From contig NEEC01000019.1 in assembly GCA_002189035.1 (NCBI GenBank), positions 1,178,001 to 1,242,000 of the forward strand: a DNA stretch of 64,000 bases. The letters run 5' to 3'. Under the pieces are notes generated by a model. The model had not been told where the DNA came from. It did no database searches and was given only the letters and a program-made list of their open reading frames with translations. The DNA is from Utricularia gibba. Taxonomy: Eukaryota; Plantae; Magnoliophyta. Position numbers and translations under genes: made by a program. This document shows, one piece after another, positions 41,653 to 53,974 of this stretch (its first letter is position 1; each line of letters begins with the position of its first letter).

Positions 41653-43738
41653 ATGGTGGAGAGTGATAAAAGTGTTGATACAGAGCTGTGGCATGCGTGC
41701 GCCGGCGGAACTGTTGAGATTCCGACGGTGAATACGCAAGTTTTTTACTTTCCGCAGGGACACGCCGAGCACGCGCTCGCGCCTGTTGATTTTGGGTCTT
41801 TGGGGAGAATCCCACCTTTGATTCTTTGTAGAGTCGCTTATGTTAAGTATTTAGCTGATCCTGAGACAGACGAAGTTTACGCGAAAACGGGGTTGATTCC
41901 ATTGAAGAGCAATGAGTTTGTTGGTTTTGACGATGAGAATAAAATGTGCGAGTCCAGCGAAAAACCCATGTCTTTGGCTAAGACATTGACTCAGTCTGAT
42001 GCAAACAATGGCGGGGGATTCTCGGTTCCTCGTTACTGTGCGGAGACGATTTTTCCGCCGTTGGATTACGGTGCTGACCCACCGGTTCAGAACTTGATTG
42101 CTAGAGACATTCATGGAGATACCTGGAAGTTCAGGCATATTTACAGAGGAACACCGAGGAGGCACCTTTTGACTACTGGATGGAGTACTTTTGTCAACCA
42201 TAAGAAGCTTGTAGCTGGGGATTCGATCGTGTTCTTACAGGCTGAGAACGGAGATCTTTGCGTCGGCATCAGGCGGGCGAAAAGGGAGTGCGGGACTTCA
42301 ACCCTTTGGAATTATGCTGCTGCAAACTATGGCGATGAAAATAAGCTGATGCAAACAAGTGTCTGTGGTGGTGGTAGGACCAGGGTGAGACCAGAAGCAG
42401 TTGTTGAGGCTGCCTTCCTGGCGGCCAATGGCCACCCTTTTGAGGTTGTGTATTATCCTCGTGCCGGAACTCCGGAGTTCTGTGTCAAAGCGTCGTCTGT
42501 GAGGGAAGCCATGCGAATACAATGGTGCCCCGGGATGAGGTTCAAAATGGCTTTCGAAAACGAAGATTCTTCTAGGATAAGCTGGTTTATGGGCACTGTG
42601 GCTGCTGTCCAGTTCTATGATCCGCAACGCTGGCCTGGTTCTCCATGGAGACTACTTCAGGTAAATCTCACAATCTACAATTAGCGAGTAAGTAGCTCAT
42701 CAGCCGCTTCTTGTGACATTATGTGTTTGCCTGTCTTCAGGTTATCTGGGACGAGCCTGATTTACTACAAAATGTCAAGTCTGTGAGCCCTTGGCTTGTT
42801 GAAATGGTTTCAAGCATCCCTCTTGTTTCCATCTCCCCCATGTCATCTCCAAGGAAGAAGCTGCGGTTTCCTCATCCGATGGACCTTTCTGTGAACGGCC
42901 GATTTCCGATACCATCGTTTTTAGGCAATCCCCTCCGGCCAAGCAGTTCTTTATGCTGTTTACGGGACAATTTTACTGCAGGCATACAGGGAGCCAGGCA
43001 ATATAATCTTGGACTTGGAGTACCATTTTCAGATCTCCGCATTAGCAATGAAATGCAGATGGAGTTATTACCCTCTAGTTTCCCAAGACATGACGTGGTT
43101 AACATCAAGACGAGCTGCATCACAGACAATGATGAGGACATATCTTGCTTGTTGAGCATGGGCCGTAACACCAGTGAATCAAAATCAGAGAAAAGGGATG
43201 ATGGAGCAAGGACTCCTTCCTTTATCCTGTTCGGTCAGCGGATACACACAGAGCAGCAGTTGTCTCAGGATCAGCAGTCCAGTGAATCATTTTCTCCCTC
43301 ACTAGAAAGAACCTCCTCCTGCGGGGCACCATGGAAACAGGATGCTGCTGACCTTGCTTCCCATCCTGCTGGCATCTGCAAAGTCTACCTGGGCTCGGAA
43401 GACATCGGGCGGACCCTCTACCTATCTGACCTCGGATCATACGAGGACCTGTACAAAAGACTAGAGCACATGTTTGAGATAGAGAGATCTGAGATCATAG
43501 GCTCTCTGTTGTACGACAATGCAACCGGTGCTTCGAAGCAAGTGGTGGAAGAAGAACCATTCAGGTGAAAACATAGCAACATGCTGTCACTAGTTTCTTC
43601 TGAAGAAGTTTACAATTACATGTTCTTTTAGTATTGATGCACCCTTTGAAACATTGCTTCTGCAGTGAGTTCGTCAGATCAGCTAAAAGGTTGATAGTTC
43701 AGGCGAAGACTGGTTGCTCGGTGAAGCTCGGCTTGTAA
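41653..43738 (+). CDS. ARF: Auxin response factor, clade C (ARF10/16-like); exons 41653-42660, 42741-43564, 43666-43738; 634 aa
   Basis: LWHACAGG, VFYFPQGHAEH, AKTLTQSDANNGGGFSVPRYCAE, WKFRHIYRGTPRRHLLTTGWS, PB1-like CKVY..SEDIGRTL; miR160 site. Confidence 0.95.
42980..43000 (+). promoter_or_regulatory. miR160 target site in the ARF coding sequence
   Basis: AGGCATACAGGGAGCCAGGCA is complementary to miR160 UGCCUGGCUCCCUGUAUGCCA except at one terminal base. Confidence 0.95.
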
Positions 43739-44666
43739 TCTGGAGCTCATCAAACATGAGGTCAGCAAAACTGATTGCCACGCCCTCAGTCAACTCTAAA
43801 CCACAGGGTTTGCAGTTCTTCTCATGTATTCATTCTTGTTTGGACTTGCTCATCTGTTCATCTGAAACTGATTCAAAGCAAATCTATTCTTTTGACATTT
43901 GCTCTGTAGAAGAAGCAACATTCATTTATTATATTGGAAACATTAAAAACCTACAGCTGAAAATCAACCTCAAAGGTGAAGAAGAAACATGAACTTCATT
44001 TGGTGAGTAGCAAAAAACTGAAAGGATCGAGAATTCCCGGTAACTTCAAACAAAAGTCAAAACTTGGAAGCCATTTCTGATGACAAACAGTTAACAGGAG
44101 AGACCTGTCTCAACTCTCAACCACCATATCATCTTTGGTATCATGTACTTACAGAACCACCGCATGTGATAACCGGAAACCGCCGTGTACCTCCTATTCA
44201 CACACGGCAACCTCCTGATCAACTCTCCAGCAATTAAGATCGCTGAAATCCTCCAACCCAGAATTATCATGTTTCTTTTCAGTGCCCGAGCTTCCCCTCT
44301 AGCATACCTTCTTTTCGAGCTCGCTGTGAGCATTCCCAGCGGTATCTTCTTCTACGGCGACAAATTCAACATCATCCTCAAGCAAAGAGGGGATAGATAG
44401 GAGCAGGAGGACCACCGTCGTGAGGAGCCACCATGGGGATCTGGAGAGCATCACGTACAGTGATTCGCCGGTAACCTTTTTGCTTTTGTCTTTTGTTTTT
44501 TTCTTAATCGTCATTACTATATTTTTTTTTTTTCTGTGCTGCATTTTGAAATTGTTTCATTTTTCTTGAATCCCCCACCCACAGTGGGAAACGAAAAGTG
44601 GTTACGGCGCCGCCGCGGTTCCTCTGCCATTCTCTGCTCTAGAGAACCCAGGTAGATTTTGAGTGG

Positions 44667-45816
44667 ATGGACGTGAGTCAGGGTGCGGTGCATCCAGTTG
44701 GGGTGCCACTGGAGCAGACGGAGGGTGCCGTTAACGTGGTGGCGCCGCGCGCGAGGATGAAGGATCTTCAGGGCATGCCGGGGACAATCGGCGGCGTGGC
44801 GCTGCGTCTCTTGCAATTTATATTCGCCGGTGGGGCACTCACGGTCATGGCGTCCACCAGTGACTTTCCATCGGCCACTGCTTTTCGGTAAATTTCGCAT
44901 CTTGTTAATCTAAATTGAACCGTTTAATCTGAGCATATGGTTTGGTTATCTGCACCGAGCTAGTTAATTTCCCATCGCTTCCCTTCCTCGGCAATCGTAT
45001 TTCAACGAGAGATGATTTCTATTCTTACCTGTAGACCCGTAGCTTGTTGGTTCTTAAAGTTTCCCGGCACCTTGCTTGTTAAATCGGTTTCTGGTAAAGC
45101 TATATACAGGGGCATAACCTTTTCTGCATGGTTTTCAACATATTTCTTCTCATGATTTCAGCTTCTGTACTAAATAATGTTGCAAAAGGTTGGCGCACAC
45201 TGCAAAGTATGATATCACTATAAAAGTTGAACAATGCTGTGGTTTTTACTTCGTTTTGCCAAGTGTTTAAGGCGAAGTTGAGCCATCACTCACCAGAATT
45301 TCAAATTTTTTTTTTCCTTTGCATGCGGTTGGCGTAGCTAAATGAAGTTCTTTTTTCTAGTTTCCCCGAGCTCTTATTTGCCTGTTTCCCTCATCAATGC
45401 AGCTACCTTGTCGCAGCAACTAGCTTGCAGAGCCTTTGGAGCCTTGTATTAGCCGTTATTGATGCTTATGCCCTTCTGGTAGGACGTCGTTTGCGGAACT
45501 CTAATGTTGTAAGCGCGTTTGCCATTGGTGATGGGGTGAGGCCTCTTCATGAACTGCTGTCAACTCAAAGGAATAACAGAGTGTTTGCTCTAGCCCTTTA
45601 TCCTTCTACACTCCATTATTGCAGGTTACTTCTACACTAACGTTTGCAGCAGCCTCCGCATCAGCAGGCATAACTGTTCTCATCGGGAATGACCTCGGAG
45701 GATGTGGGAAAAATCACTGCACACAGTTCGAAACTGCCACAGCCATGGCTTTCCTCTGCTGGTTCACAGCCATGCCTTCTTTCTTGTTCAATTTTTGGTC
45801 ACTGGCATCAAGATGA
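44667..45816 (+). CDS. CASPL5: CASP-like protein, CASPL5 group; exons 44667-44887, 45403-45535, 45625-45816; 181 aa
   Basis: [82 protein letters not shown]. Confidence 0.92.
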
Positions 45817-46419
45817 TGGAAGGGTAGAGGTCAGTTTTCAGTTCTTCTCTTGTTCCAACACTGCATAGAAAGACCTTGAGAATGCAGTAGTTTTCCACAG
45901 CTCCTCTCTATGTTTTTTCCCTGTATTTTTTATGTGAATGTGATGATGATGATGATGTTTCCATACCTGATTATATTGCATCAAATTCTGAAGGCTTCTG
46001 CAGTATAGATATCAAGAGTCCACTAGTGACATTGGAATCCATTTGCATCCGGGAAGAAGGGCATGTTGTACGGGAGAGGAAGATGCATGTGTGTGTCCGG
46101 AAAAAGCTGTCACAGGACAAGAGGGCGGCAGTTATTCTCAGTAAATACAGTTCACTGTATTCTACATGTTTAAAAAGATAGCGAATTTTATGGATTCAAT
46201 GTATGAGTTGGCCGCCGGCGAAGGCGCCAAACACCGTCCTATGCCTTCTTCAACCTCTGACTTCATGCTGCGCACCTCGCGCAATTTGAATCATTGGCTG
46301 CTTTTATATGTCTCCCATGTCCATGGTGGAGGTTGCAGTCGAGTTCAGAATATAGAATCTGGGGGACTTTGTTTGGTTTTGATTGGCCGTGGGATCGGGG
46401 ATCTCGGCCGTGGAAGGTC

Positions 46420-47427
46420 ATGATGATGGTTAACGTTGATCGGAATCTTGGGTCAGCCGTGGCTTTCATTTTCCTGGTCTTTGCGGTGCCGGGTTTTTCT
46501 GAAGATTTCGATGTCCCTGTTCGGAAGCCTGCGCTGGCTTCGGTTTGGGAATCAGTGGAATCTGAATCGTCTCTGCCGTCGCTTCCGAACTTCGATCCTT
46601 TTCTGACCGCTGACTCGCCAGAATCGAACGCGCCATCCCCGGCTCCGTCAGGTGACGAAGAGATTCGGGTTCAAGTCCCTGAAAACGAGGTTCCTGGCTC
46701 TTCTCATGCGCTGGCTCCGCTGGTGGAATCAGTGGAATCTGAATCGTCTCTGCCGTCGCTTGCGATCTCCGATCCATTTCTGACAGCTGACTCGCCAGAA
46801 TCGAACGCGCCATCCCCGGACCCGTCAGGCGACGAAGAGATTCGGGTTCAAGCCCCATTGGTTGAAAACGAGGTTCCTAGCCCTTCTCAGGAAGACGACA
46901 GAGACCTTGCAAAATCCCCGCAGAACGACGGCGAAAACGAGGTTCCTAGCCCTTCTCAGGAAGATGACAGAGACCTTGAAAAATCCCCGCAGGACGACGG
47001 CGAAAAGGAGTCTTCCGGGCCTTCTCGGGGAGACGACGGAGACCATGAATCCCAGCAGAGCGACGGCGAAAAGAAGTCTTCTGGGCCTTCTCAGGAAGAC
47101 GACAGAGACCTTGAAAAATCCCCGCGGGACGACGGCGAAAAGAAGTCTTCTGAGCCTTCTCCAACAGACGAGGAACCGCTGCAGAACGTCGTTCATGCAG
47201 AGGCTCCATACACTTTACCACCACTACTTGAAGAGTGGTTCACGAGCAAGAGTCCGAGTGTCGAGAACAGCGACGGCCAACATGGCGGCGGGAGAAATGC
47301 TGCAGTGGCGCTCGGAGTCATCGGCGCGGGGTGCTTACTCGGCGCCACCGCATTTGTATACAAAAAACGGCGGGAGAGACTACGGCAGTCCCAGTTTGGG
47401 TACCGCGGCAGCATTGAAATGCTATAA
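46420..47427 (+). CDS. Single-exon secreted/type I membrane protein with an acidic Ser/Pro repeat ectodomain; 335 aa
   Basis: Signal peptide SAVAFIFLVFAVPGFS, C-terminal TM AAVALGVIGAGCLLGATAFVY followed by KKRRERLRQSQFGY, resembling a known plant family ending YKKR..NIRR.QYGY. Confidence 0.8.
   Translation: MMMVNVDRNLGSAVAFIFLVFAVPGFSEDFDVPVRKPALASVWESVESESSLPSLPNFDPFLTADSPESNAPSPAPSGDEEIRVQVPENEVPGSSHALAPLVESVESESSLPSLAISDPFLTADSPESNAPSPDPSGDEEIRVQAPLVENEVPSPSQEDDRDLAKSPQNDGENEVPSPSQEDDRDLEKSPQDDGEKESSGPSRGDDGDHESQQSDGEKKSSGPSQEDDRDLEKSPRDDGEKKSSEPSPTDEEPLQNVVHAEAPYTLPPLLEEWFTSKSPSVENSDGQHGGGRNAAVALGVIGAGCLLGATAFVYKKRRERLRQSQFGYRGSIEML
46549..47160 (+). repeat. Coding tandem repeats: 2 x 177 nt (59 aa) followed by about 4 x 66-69 nt (22-23 aa)
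   Basis: GAATCAGTGGAATCT at 46549 and 46726; ENEVPSPSQEDDRDL.KSPQ.DG and EK.SSGPS variants repeated. Confidence 0.9.
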
Positions 47428-47710
47428 TCCGTTAATCGCTTTGCATATTCGTCATTATCACCATTTTCCTGCCGATCTGAACTTCTCAAACGAAACTCTC
47501 GCTCCAGAGACGATTCAATTTATTGGTAAACTTTAAAGCCAGAGTTCCGGTGTTCGAATCTCTCATCAGTTTCAAATTTCAATACGATTTTGTCGACGAG
47601 TATCAGATGGAAAAGAAGCACGGTTTCATCCAACGTTTCTAGTGTAGCTTATACGTTCACAGGGCGGCGCCTCTGAGTGCAGTAATTAACTCTAGTTGCA
47701 GAGGCAACGA

Positions 47711-50700
47711 TCACTCCTCCGCCGGAGGATCAACCCACCGCCCGTGCTCCTTGATCAGCTCAATCAACGCATCCGTCGCGTGTTCCATTGCTATGCCTCG
47801 TTTCACCACCGTCTGATCGGAAAACAAGGAGACTGATTGAAACACAGATGACGACAAAGATTGCAGGCAGCTTTTTAGTTGGGAAAAGAAAGGGGTACCT
47901 TGCCAACGTAGAGGTCGATTTTTCCAGGTGCCCCGCCAACATAACCGAAATCTGCGTCCGCCATTTCACCTGGTCCGTTCACGATGCAACCCATGATGGC
48001 GATCTGCATGATGCATCAGGGAAGGCGGACGACGGTGATGCCTCGGGATTGCCTTGAAATTCACTACTAGTGTAGAGTAAAAAGTGCAGAGATTACCGAA
48101 ACACCCGGTAGGTGGGATGTCTTCTCCCTGATTTGTGCACTGATCTCTTGAAGATCGAACAACGTTCTTCCGCAGGAGGGGCAGGATACGTATTCCTGGT
48201 ACCATTGGAGTGGAAGGATTCATGCAGACATCTCATGATAAGACTGCTTCTTTTGTGAGTATGTTGACTTACTGTCTTTGTGTTCCGCATTCTGCAACCT
48301 TGCAGCAAGTTGAAAGAAGTATTCCTGAGGAACTCAAATTCCTGATCCTCAGCTTCGAGTAGGATACCATCTCCCAGACCATCGACCAGCAGGGCTCCGG
48401 CATTTGCTCCCGCACCAATGACCAAGTCATCCCTGCGCAAGAAGAAAAGATAAAAAAAAAATGGACCTTGGCTGATGGTAACTAACTTTTCTTTGTTTTC
48501 ATGTACCTGTGTGTATCTCTTGGGAACTGTATGTGATGGATTACAGGAAAGTTCAATGAGTGCTCTGTGAGATATTCGAAAATCCTGCAACCGCAATTGC
48601 ATAATGGCTTGTAATAGAAAGCAGATTGTTCTTGAGAAAGTTTATGAAACGGAGAAAGTAGTAGTACCTTCTAGCAGCATGAACTCTGCTAACATTCGTT
48701 TCAGTATACGGTAAATTGTGAAGAATCATAGTAGCATCAATAGTCTTAAGAATATCGAGCTCCTCCGTAGGTTCATCACCACGAACCGATACAACCAGAC
48801 GGGTGCCTGAGCAACAAAAACAAGCTTTTTCAAAATCATCCAGAAAACGAGAAGGGAATGTTTTAAAGAAAAAGTTTTGTACCCTCTGGAAGAAGCTTCG
48901 AGGCACCAGATGAGAGTTCCTTGGGAGTCACCAAAACCATAGCATTTGGAAGTGGCTTCGTCAACTGCTCTGATAAAGGAGCTATAACTCCCATGCTAAC
49001 ATCTATCAGCCGCTTAAGAGCTAGATGCTGAAAATAACAAGGACCATGAACTTGTCGGATGAGGACGATGTTATGGAGTTCAAAGGAGAGCGAAGAGCTC
49101 TTACAGCATCTTTATCATCTTGTGCTGGAAGTTCTCTCAACAAGATTGAGTCAACTGTTGCCAGATCCTGCATCGATTGCATTGGTATTTTGTTATGGTA
49201 TGAAAATGGGAAACGAGCTTGATGGGGTGACTTTCCTGTATACCTTGAAAGGCATTCCAACGATGAGCTTGGCTGCTAAAGACTTATATAGAAGCTCTGG
49301 TGCCTATAAAACCAGGAGAGCAGTGAAAATCACTAAATGAATGGTATCTTGTATGATGAGAAAAAAACAAAACTTTGAGAACAAAGTATATAAAAGGTGG
49401 GGAGGGATATGCTACACCTTCAGTTGATCCAGAGTAACTGACATAAGAACTGAACCATCACGATGCAGTACACCTCGATAATCAACTTCTTCACCCTGTA
49501 TCAGGGAAATCAAGAGTCGACTATATCCCAAACACTACAGAGGAAAAAGTTGTAACACATTTGTCAAAAATCAAGTTCAAACCTCCTTTTGAACTGGCAA
49601 TTGACCAGTTCTTCTCTGGAAATCGAAATATCTCCTGTTTTTCTCCTCAAAAGGTGTCTGTAAATTTGCATGTGTAAATCAACGGGACCAAGTTTAAACA
49701 AAAGAATAGTGTCGCAAAGTATATATCTACACCAAGCCATACCACTCCCTTTTGAAGCTCAGCTGCTTTCATCCCAAGGTTAGCCAATCTCCTACATGGA
49801 TCAATTTCTTCCTCTGGAGGTTCGGTGAGAGAAACTCGAATTGTATCACCAAGACCATCCTATTAAAAGTGCATGAAGCTCCATGGTTCAGCTAAATAGC
49901 TCGTCGAAGTTTGAAATCCATGATGTGAATGAAAATGCATGTAATAAAAGTCGATAGAAGAAACTGTTTAGTATAATGTCTTGTTCTGTAATGCCAGATT
50001 TTGATTCAAGGCTCATGAAATAAATAACCACATATAATGAAATCTAAAGTCAGCTTTAGATGTAGGAAAATAAAAGACCTGATACTGATTTTTGTCGAGA
50101 ACATACCATGAGAAGAGTCCCGATTCCAATTGCAGATTTCATCCGCCCATCTTCACCCTCACCAGCTTCAGTCACACCCAAGTGTAGAGGATAGTCCCAT
50201 CCAAGAACATTCATTTCCGCTACTAACAGACGATAGGCTTGGACCATGATAACAGGGTTGCTGGCTTTCATTGAAAAGACAAAGTTGTGGAAATCCAGTT
50301 TCCGGCAAATCCTTGCATACTCAAATGCAGATTCAACCTAACAAGTAGTCAAACATTTATTATCTTCGCATACAGAATAAAAAGCAAGTTTGATTATAGA
50401 AAGATGATGCTTTTGTTGTAGTGTTGGACATCCAAAACTCACCATTCCACGAGGCGAGTCACCATAGTAGCTCATAATACGGTCAGAAAGGCTACCGTGA
50501 TTTGTACCAATACGAATTGCACGTCCATACTTTTTGCACTTCTCAACCAATGGGGTGAAGACCTATCCAAAAATGAAAAATTTTAATTAAACAAGGCTAC
50601 TTCAGAAGCAAAGCTTGCATCAACTTATCAGGGCGATGAACAGAAATCAGAGAAGGAAGGTTCCAAAATCTGACCTTCTCAATATGCTCAAGTTCCTTCT

Positions 50701-51794
50701 GATAATCATCTTCAGTGTACTCCAGCTTCTCAAATTGAGCTCTCCGATCGGCTGGAAAGTGTTCATTATTCAGATATTCAACTAGATCAATACACCCGAG
50801 GCCAAGTTTAATTCAGGGGTGAAAGTGATTACCAAAGTTTCCAGGGTTGACACGAATCTTCTCAAAGCATTCAGCTACTCGAAGTGCAATAGGAGGTGCA
50901 AAATGAATATCAGCCACCAAGGGGATGTTATAGCTGCAATATCAAAATAGCATAACTCCATTTGCTAATGTCAATGAGTACAAATGGTTGAATACAGACA
51001 TACTTCTTCTGAACAAGAGAATCTTTAATTTCGAAACAAGCGTCTGCTTCTTTCTTTCCTTGCACAGTTATTCTCACTATATCCGCTCCTTGATCTGCAA
51101 TTCTCATCACCTAAAACGTAACAATGACCGTCAAAAAGCTAAACTAACCATCAATATAATTGAATACTTAAAATTAAACATGACTAAAATAATCTCAAGG
51201 CCACACAAAGACCTGTTCTACAGTCGCCGCAACATCCTTTGTATCAGTTGTGGTCATCGTTTGAATTCTGATCGGGTGATCACTACCAAGAGCGACATTG
51301 CCTATCATTACGGTCGAGGTTTTTCTCCTGACAGTTTTGTATATGGATTCACAGTACTTCTGCCGGGGAACTACGTCCAAAAAATTATTGGATAACAGAT
51401 TGCGCAAGTTTGAAAATATGCAACTCAAAAAGCCTATGAGTGTCGTCATTTTTTGCAGTTTAACACCCTATAACACCGAAGCTTCTAGGAAAGAACAAGC
51501 AACTGTTGAATGCCGAAAACTTCTCTAACGATCAAAACATCAGGAAACTCGAATTCGAAAACTGAAAACGAAGATAAAATTTACCCAATAATGGACTTCC
51601 TGCTGATGCAGGCTCAAGTTCAACCGTCTCCGAGCCTGAGGAGTTCCTTACCACGAGAACCTTCCTTCTGTGAAACTTGACCCTTGGCAGTTCAGAGGCC
51701 CTTAAAGCTTCGGGAGTTTCGAAAAACCAATTCGCTGATGATCCCGGCTTTGGACACCACTGAAGGGTGCTGAAACAGTTCCAGTTGCCATCAT
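47711..51794 (-). CDS. HDS: 4-hydroxy-3-methylbut-2-enyl diphosphate synthase (IspG/GcpE), plastid MEP pathway; 19 coding exons; apparent -1 frameshift in exon 1 near 51716
   Basis: [99 protein letters not shown]; exons 2-19 in phase. Confidence 0.96.
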
Positions 51795-52875
51795 CAACAC
51801 CAGGAAGCCTCCAACTTCAATCTGATAAGCCTTAAAAGGATAAATTAGCCGATTCACAGAAGATACCCATTAAGATCACAGCTTAAATCCTACAGAATTT
51901 AGAAGAATTACACCAAGTCATGCTCATCCCACCAAATTCAACCGACCCAGATAGAGAAACAAGTAGGCATCATAATTATTTTTCGAAAGAGTCGAGCTTC
52001 AATTATGAGCAAAAAGGAAATGTTGTTGAATCCCAGCAACGACACCTGAAACTCGAACAGGAGCAAAAAGGGCTGGGTACTTACTCAGAGCTGGATACAC
52101 CCCTGAACGCGAAGTGAAGAAAACTAGTGGACGGGAATGAGAGCAATGAAATTCAGACCCAGAATTTAAGATTTAAGATTGAGAAGGGAAATCCCTGACT
52201 CCCAAGTGTGATAGACAACTTTATCCGGCAACGCCTAGGCCAGCTCATTTGCCGGTATTAGTAGGCTCAAGTAACTGCACACATCCGGATCAGGCATAGT
52301 TGCTTCCTAAGCTTTGTGTTCGATCAGAATATTCCGCCACAGCCGCACGAGGCTCGTGTGCCACTCCAGTCAATTGAGAAACACAAAATTGTAATAAAAA
52401 TTCCAGGAATTCTTTATTGTCCTCGAGGCGCATGAGCATAGCGCATCGACCTTGCCCCCCGCTGTCCGTATTCTAAGATGTCATTTCACAGGAGCTGCGT
52501 TTCCCAGAAAAAGGTGCACATTAAGCATTTGTTTATTAGAAATAAACTATATTTATATTAGGCATAAATAAAAGTTCATGAGTTAAATTCTATATAAACA
52601 TCACAGCACATTCTTTTTGTGTCAAAAAAAATATTTCTTTCATTAATATTACTAAATAAATACACAGATACAACAAAAACTCAAACACTTAAGAATCCAC
52701 AAGCTATTATATCTATTACAATAAGCAATTATCTCATGTCGAAACTAAGAAAAATGATAGAATTATTAATAATAACGAGGAGCACTTGACAAATAAATTT
52801 GCCCAAGTTTCTTTGGAAGAACCAACGTTTTGTAATATTTGCACCAGGATGAGATGAGTAGCAACTACCATTGCC

Positions 52876-53248
52876 TTAATCAGTAACTGTTGTCTGGAGT
52901 GGGAGAACGCTTTCCACTTCCTTAGCCTCAGCAGCGCTTCTCTCAGCAACAGCTTTGGACATCCCGAACATCTATCAAGTTTTTGCCAATAACCAAATGA
53001 AATCAAAATGGAAAGATTAACCAAATCAAATCAAAATGGAAACTTTAGCCAAATCAAAGAAAGACCTTTTTGATTGTCTTTTGGAAGCAAGTTTTGTGTT
53101 CATCCATAGAGGCATGCATGAATTCATCGATATGCTCTCTCACATCTTGAATAAAAGTAGCGTTCTCGCTCTTCTTCTTCCGGCATGAAGACATGGCTGC
53201 TGCGGCCGCTGGTGTTGGTGTCTCGCTTGGGGCTTTCTCAGTTGCCAT
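52876..53248 (-). CDS. Conserved plant protein of unknown function, 92 aa; exons 53248-53066 and 52971-52876
   Basis: SSCRKKKS...F..DVREHIDEFMHASMDEHKTCFQKTIKKMFGMSKAVA...KEVESVLPLQT resembles a small conserved plant family; GT-AG intron in frame. Confidence 0.75.
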
Positions 53249-53679
53249 TGATGAGTTCTACCTAGTGCAACATCAAAGCGTATGTAAAAACGAAGCCAAC
53301 TAAGTACTTAACCGAACAAAAAAAGGTTCCATCAAAGCGTATCTACAGCATATTACAATTCGGCAGTTCGAGTACTGAAAACACCATAAAGTGCACAACG
53401 AAATGCCTCGATGTGATCAAAATCCAAAAAAAAAAAAAAACCAAACAAAATAGCCATGCCGCCGAATTCACTACAAAACAAAACAAAAAAAAACGGTATC
53501 GCAAGAAATAACATCCAGAGTAATCAACAACCAGCGCTGAGAAATCGCCAAGAATTACCAAATCAGCCTCTGAAACGACTCCACCGCCTCCAGACTTCAC
53601 CAAGAAGCGTGATTGGCAGCAAGAATTTACCGAGAAGAGTAGAATAGGTCGAATGCTTCTTCAGAACAAGAAAACGAAC

Positions 53680-53790
53680 TTTTGTTGGGCCTCAGAAGCG
53701 GCCCAATAAACACGAATCCGGCCCAACTCTAAACTAAACATTCCCCCTTTAAAATTGAAAGTTATTGGACCAATCGGAATACATGGGCCA
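53680..53790. promoter_or_regulatory. Site II cluster upstream of the 92-aa gene
   Basis: TTGGGCC, GGCCCAA twice, ATGGGCC. Confidence 0.45.
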
Positions 53791-53974
53791 CTTTTTAAAA
53801 TCTAAAAAATAAATGAATTTCTAATGATAATAAAAAAATAATAATCAGATAGCTACATATTCCCCCAACTGCATCACCTTCTTCCTACTTTTGAGCTGCT
53901 GGTTACACCGAGGTCCATGGAGAGAGTTCACAGATTCCCCGCTAGAAATCACCGGAACTTCAACTCCAGTTCAC

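Noticed and set aside
46549-47160. Repeat-spacer-like array resembling CRISPR
   Set aside because: Units are in-frame coding repeats in a eukaryotic gene, with no unique spacers or cas genes
46466-47536. Long overlapping ORFs in alternative frames and strands (46862-47536, 46825-47196, 46466-46858)
   Set aside because: Shadows of the GC-rich repetitive coding sequence; no independent motifs
47700-51800. HDS as part of a terpenoid biosynthetic cluster
   Set aside because: No terpene synthase, P450 or other tailoring genes nearby; neighbours are housekeeping or regulatory genes
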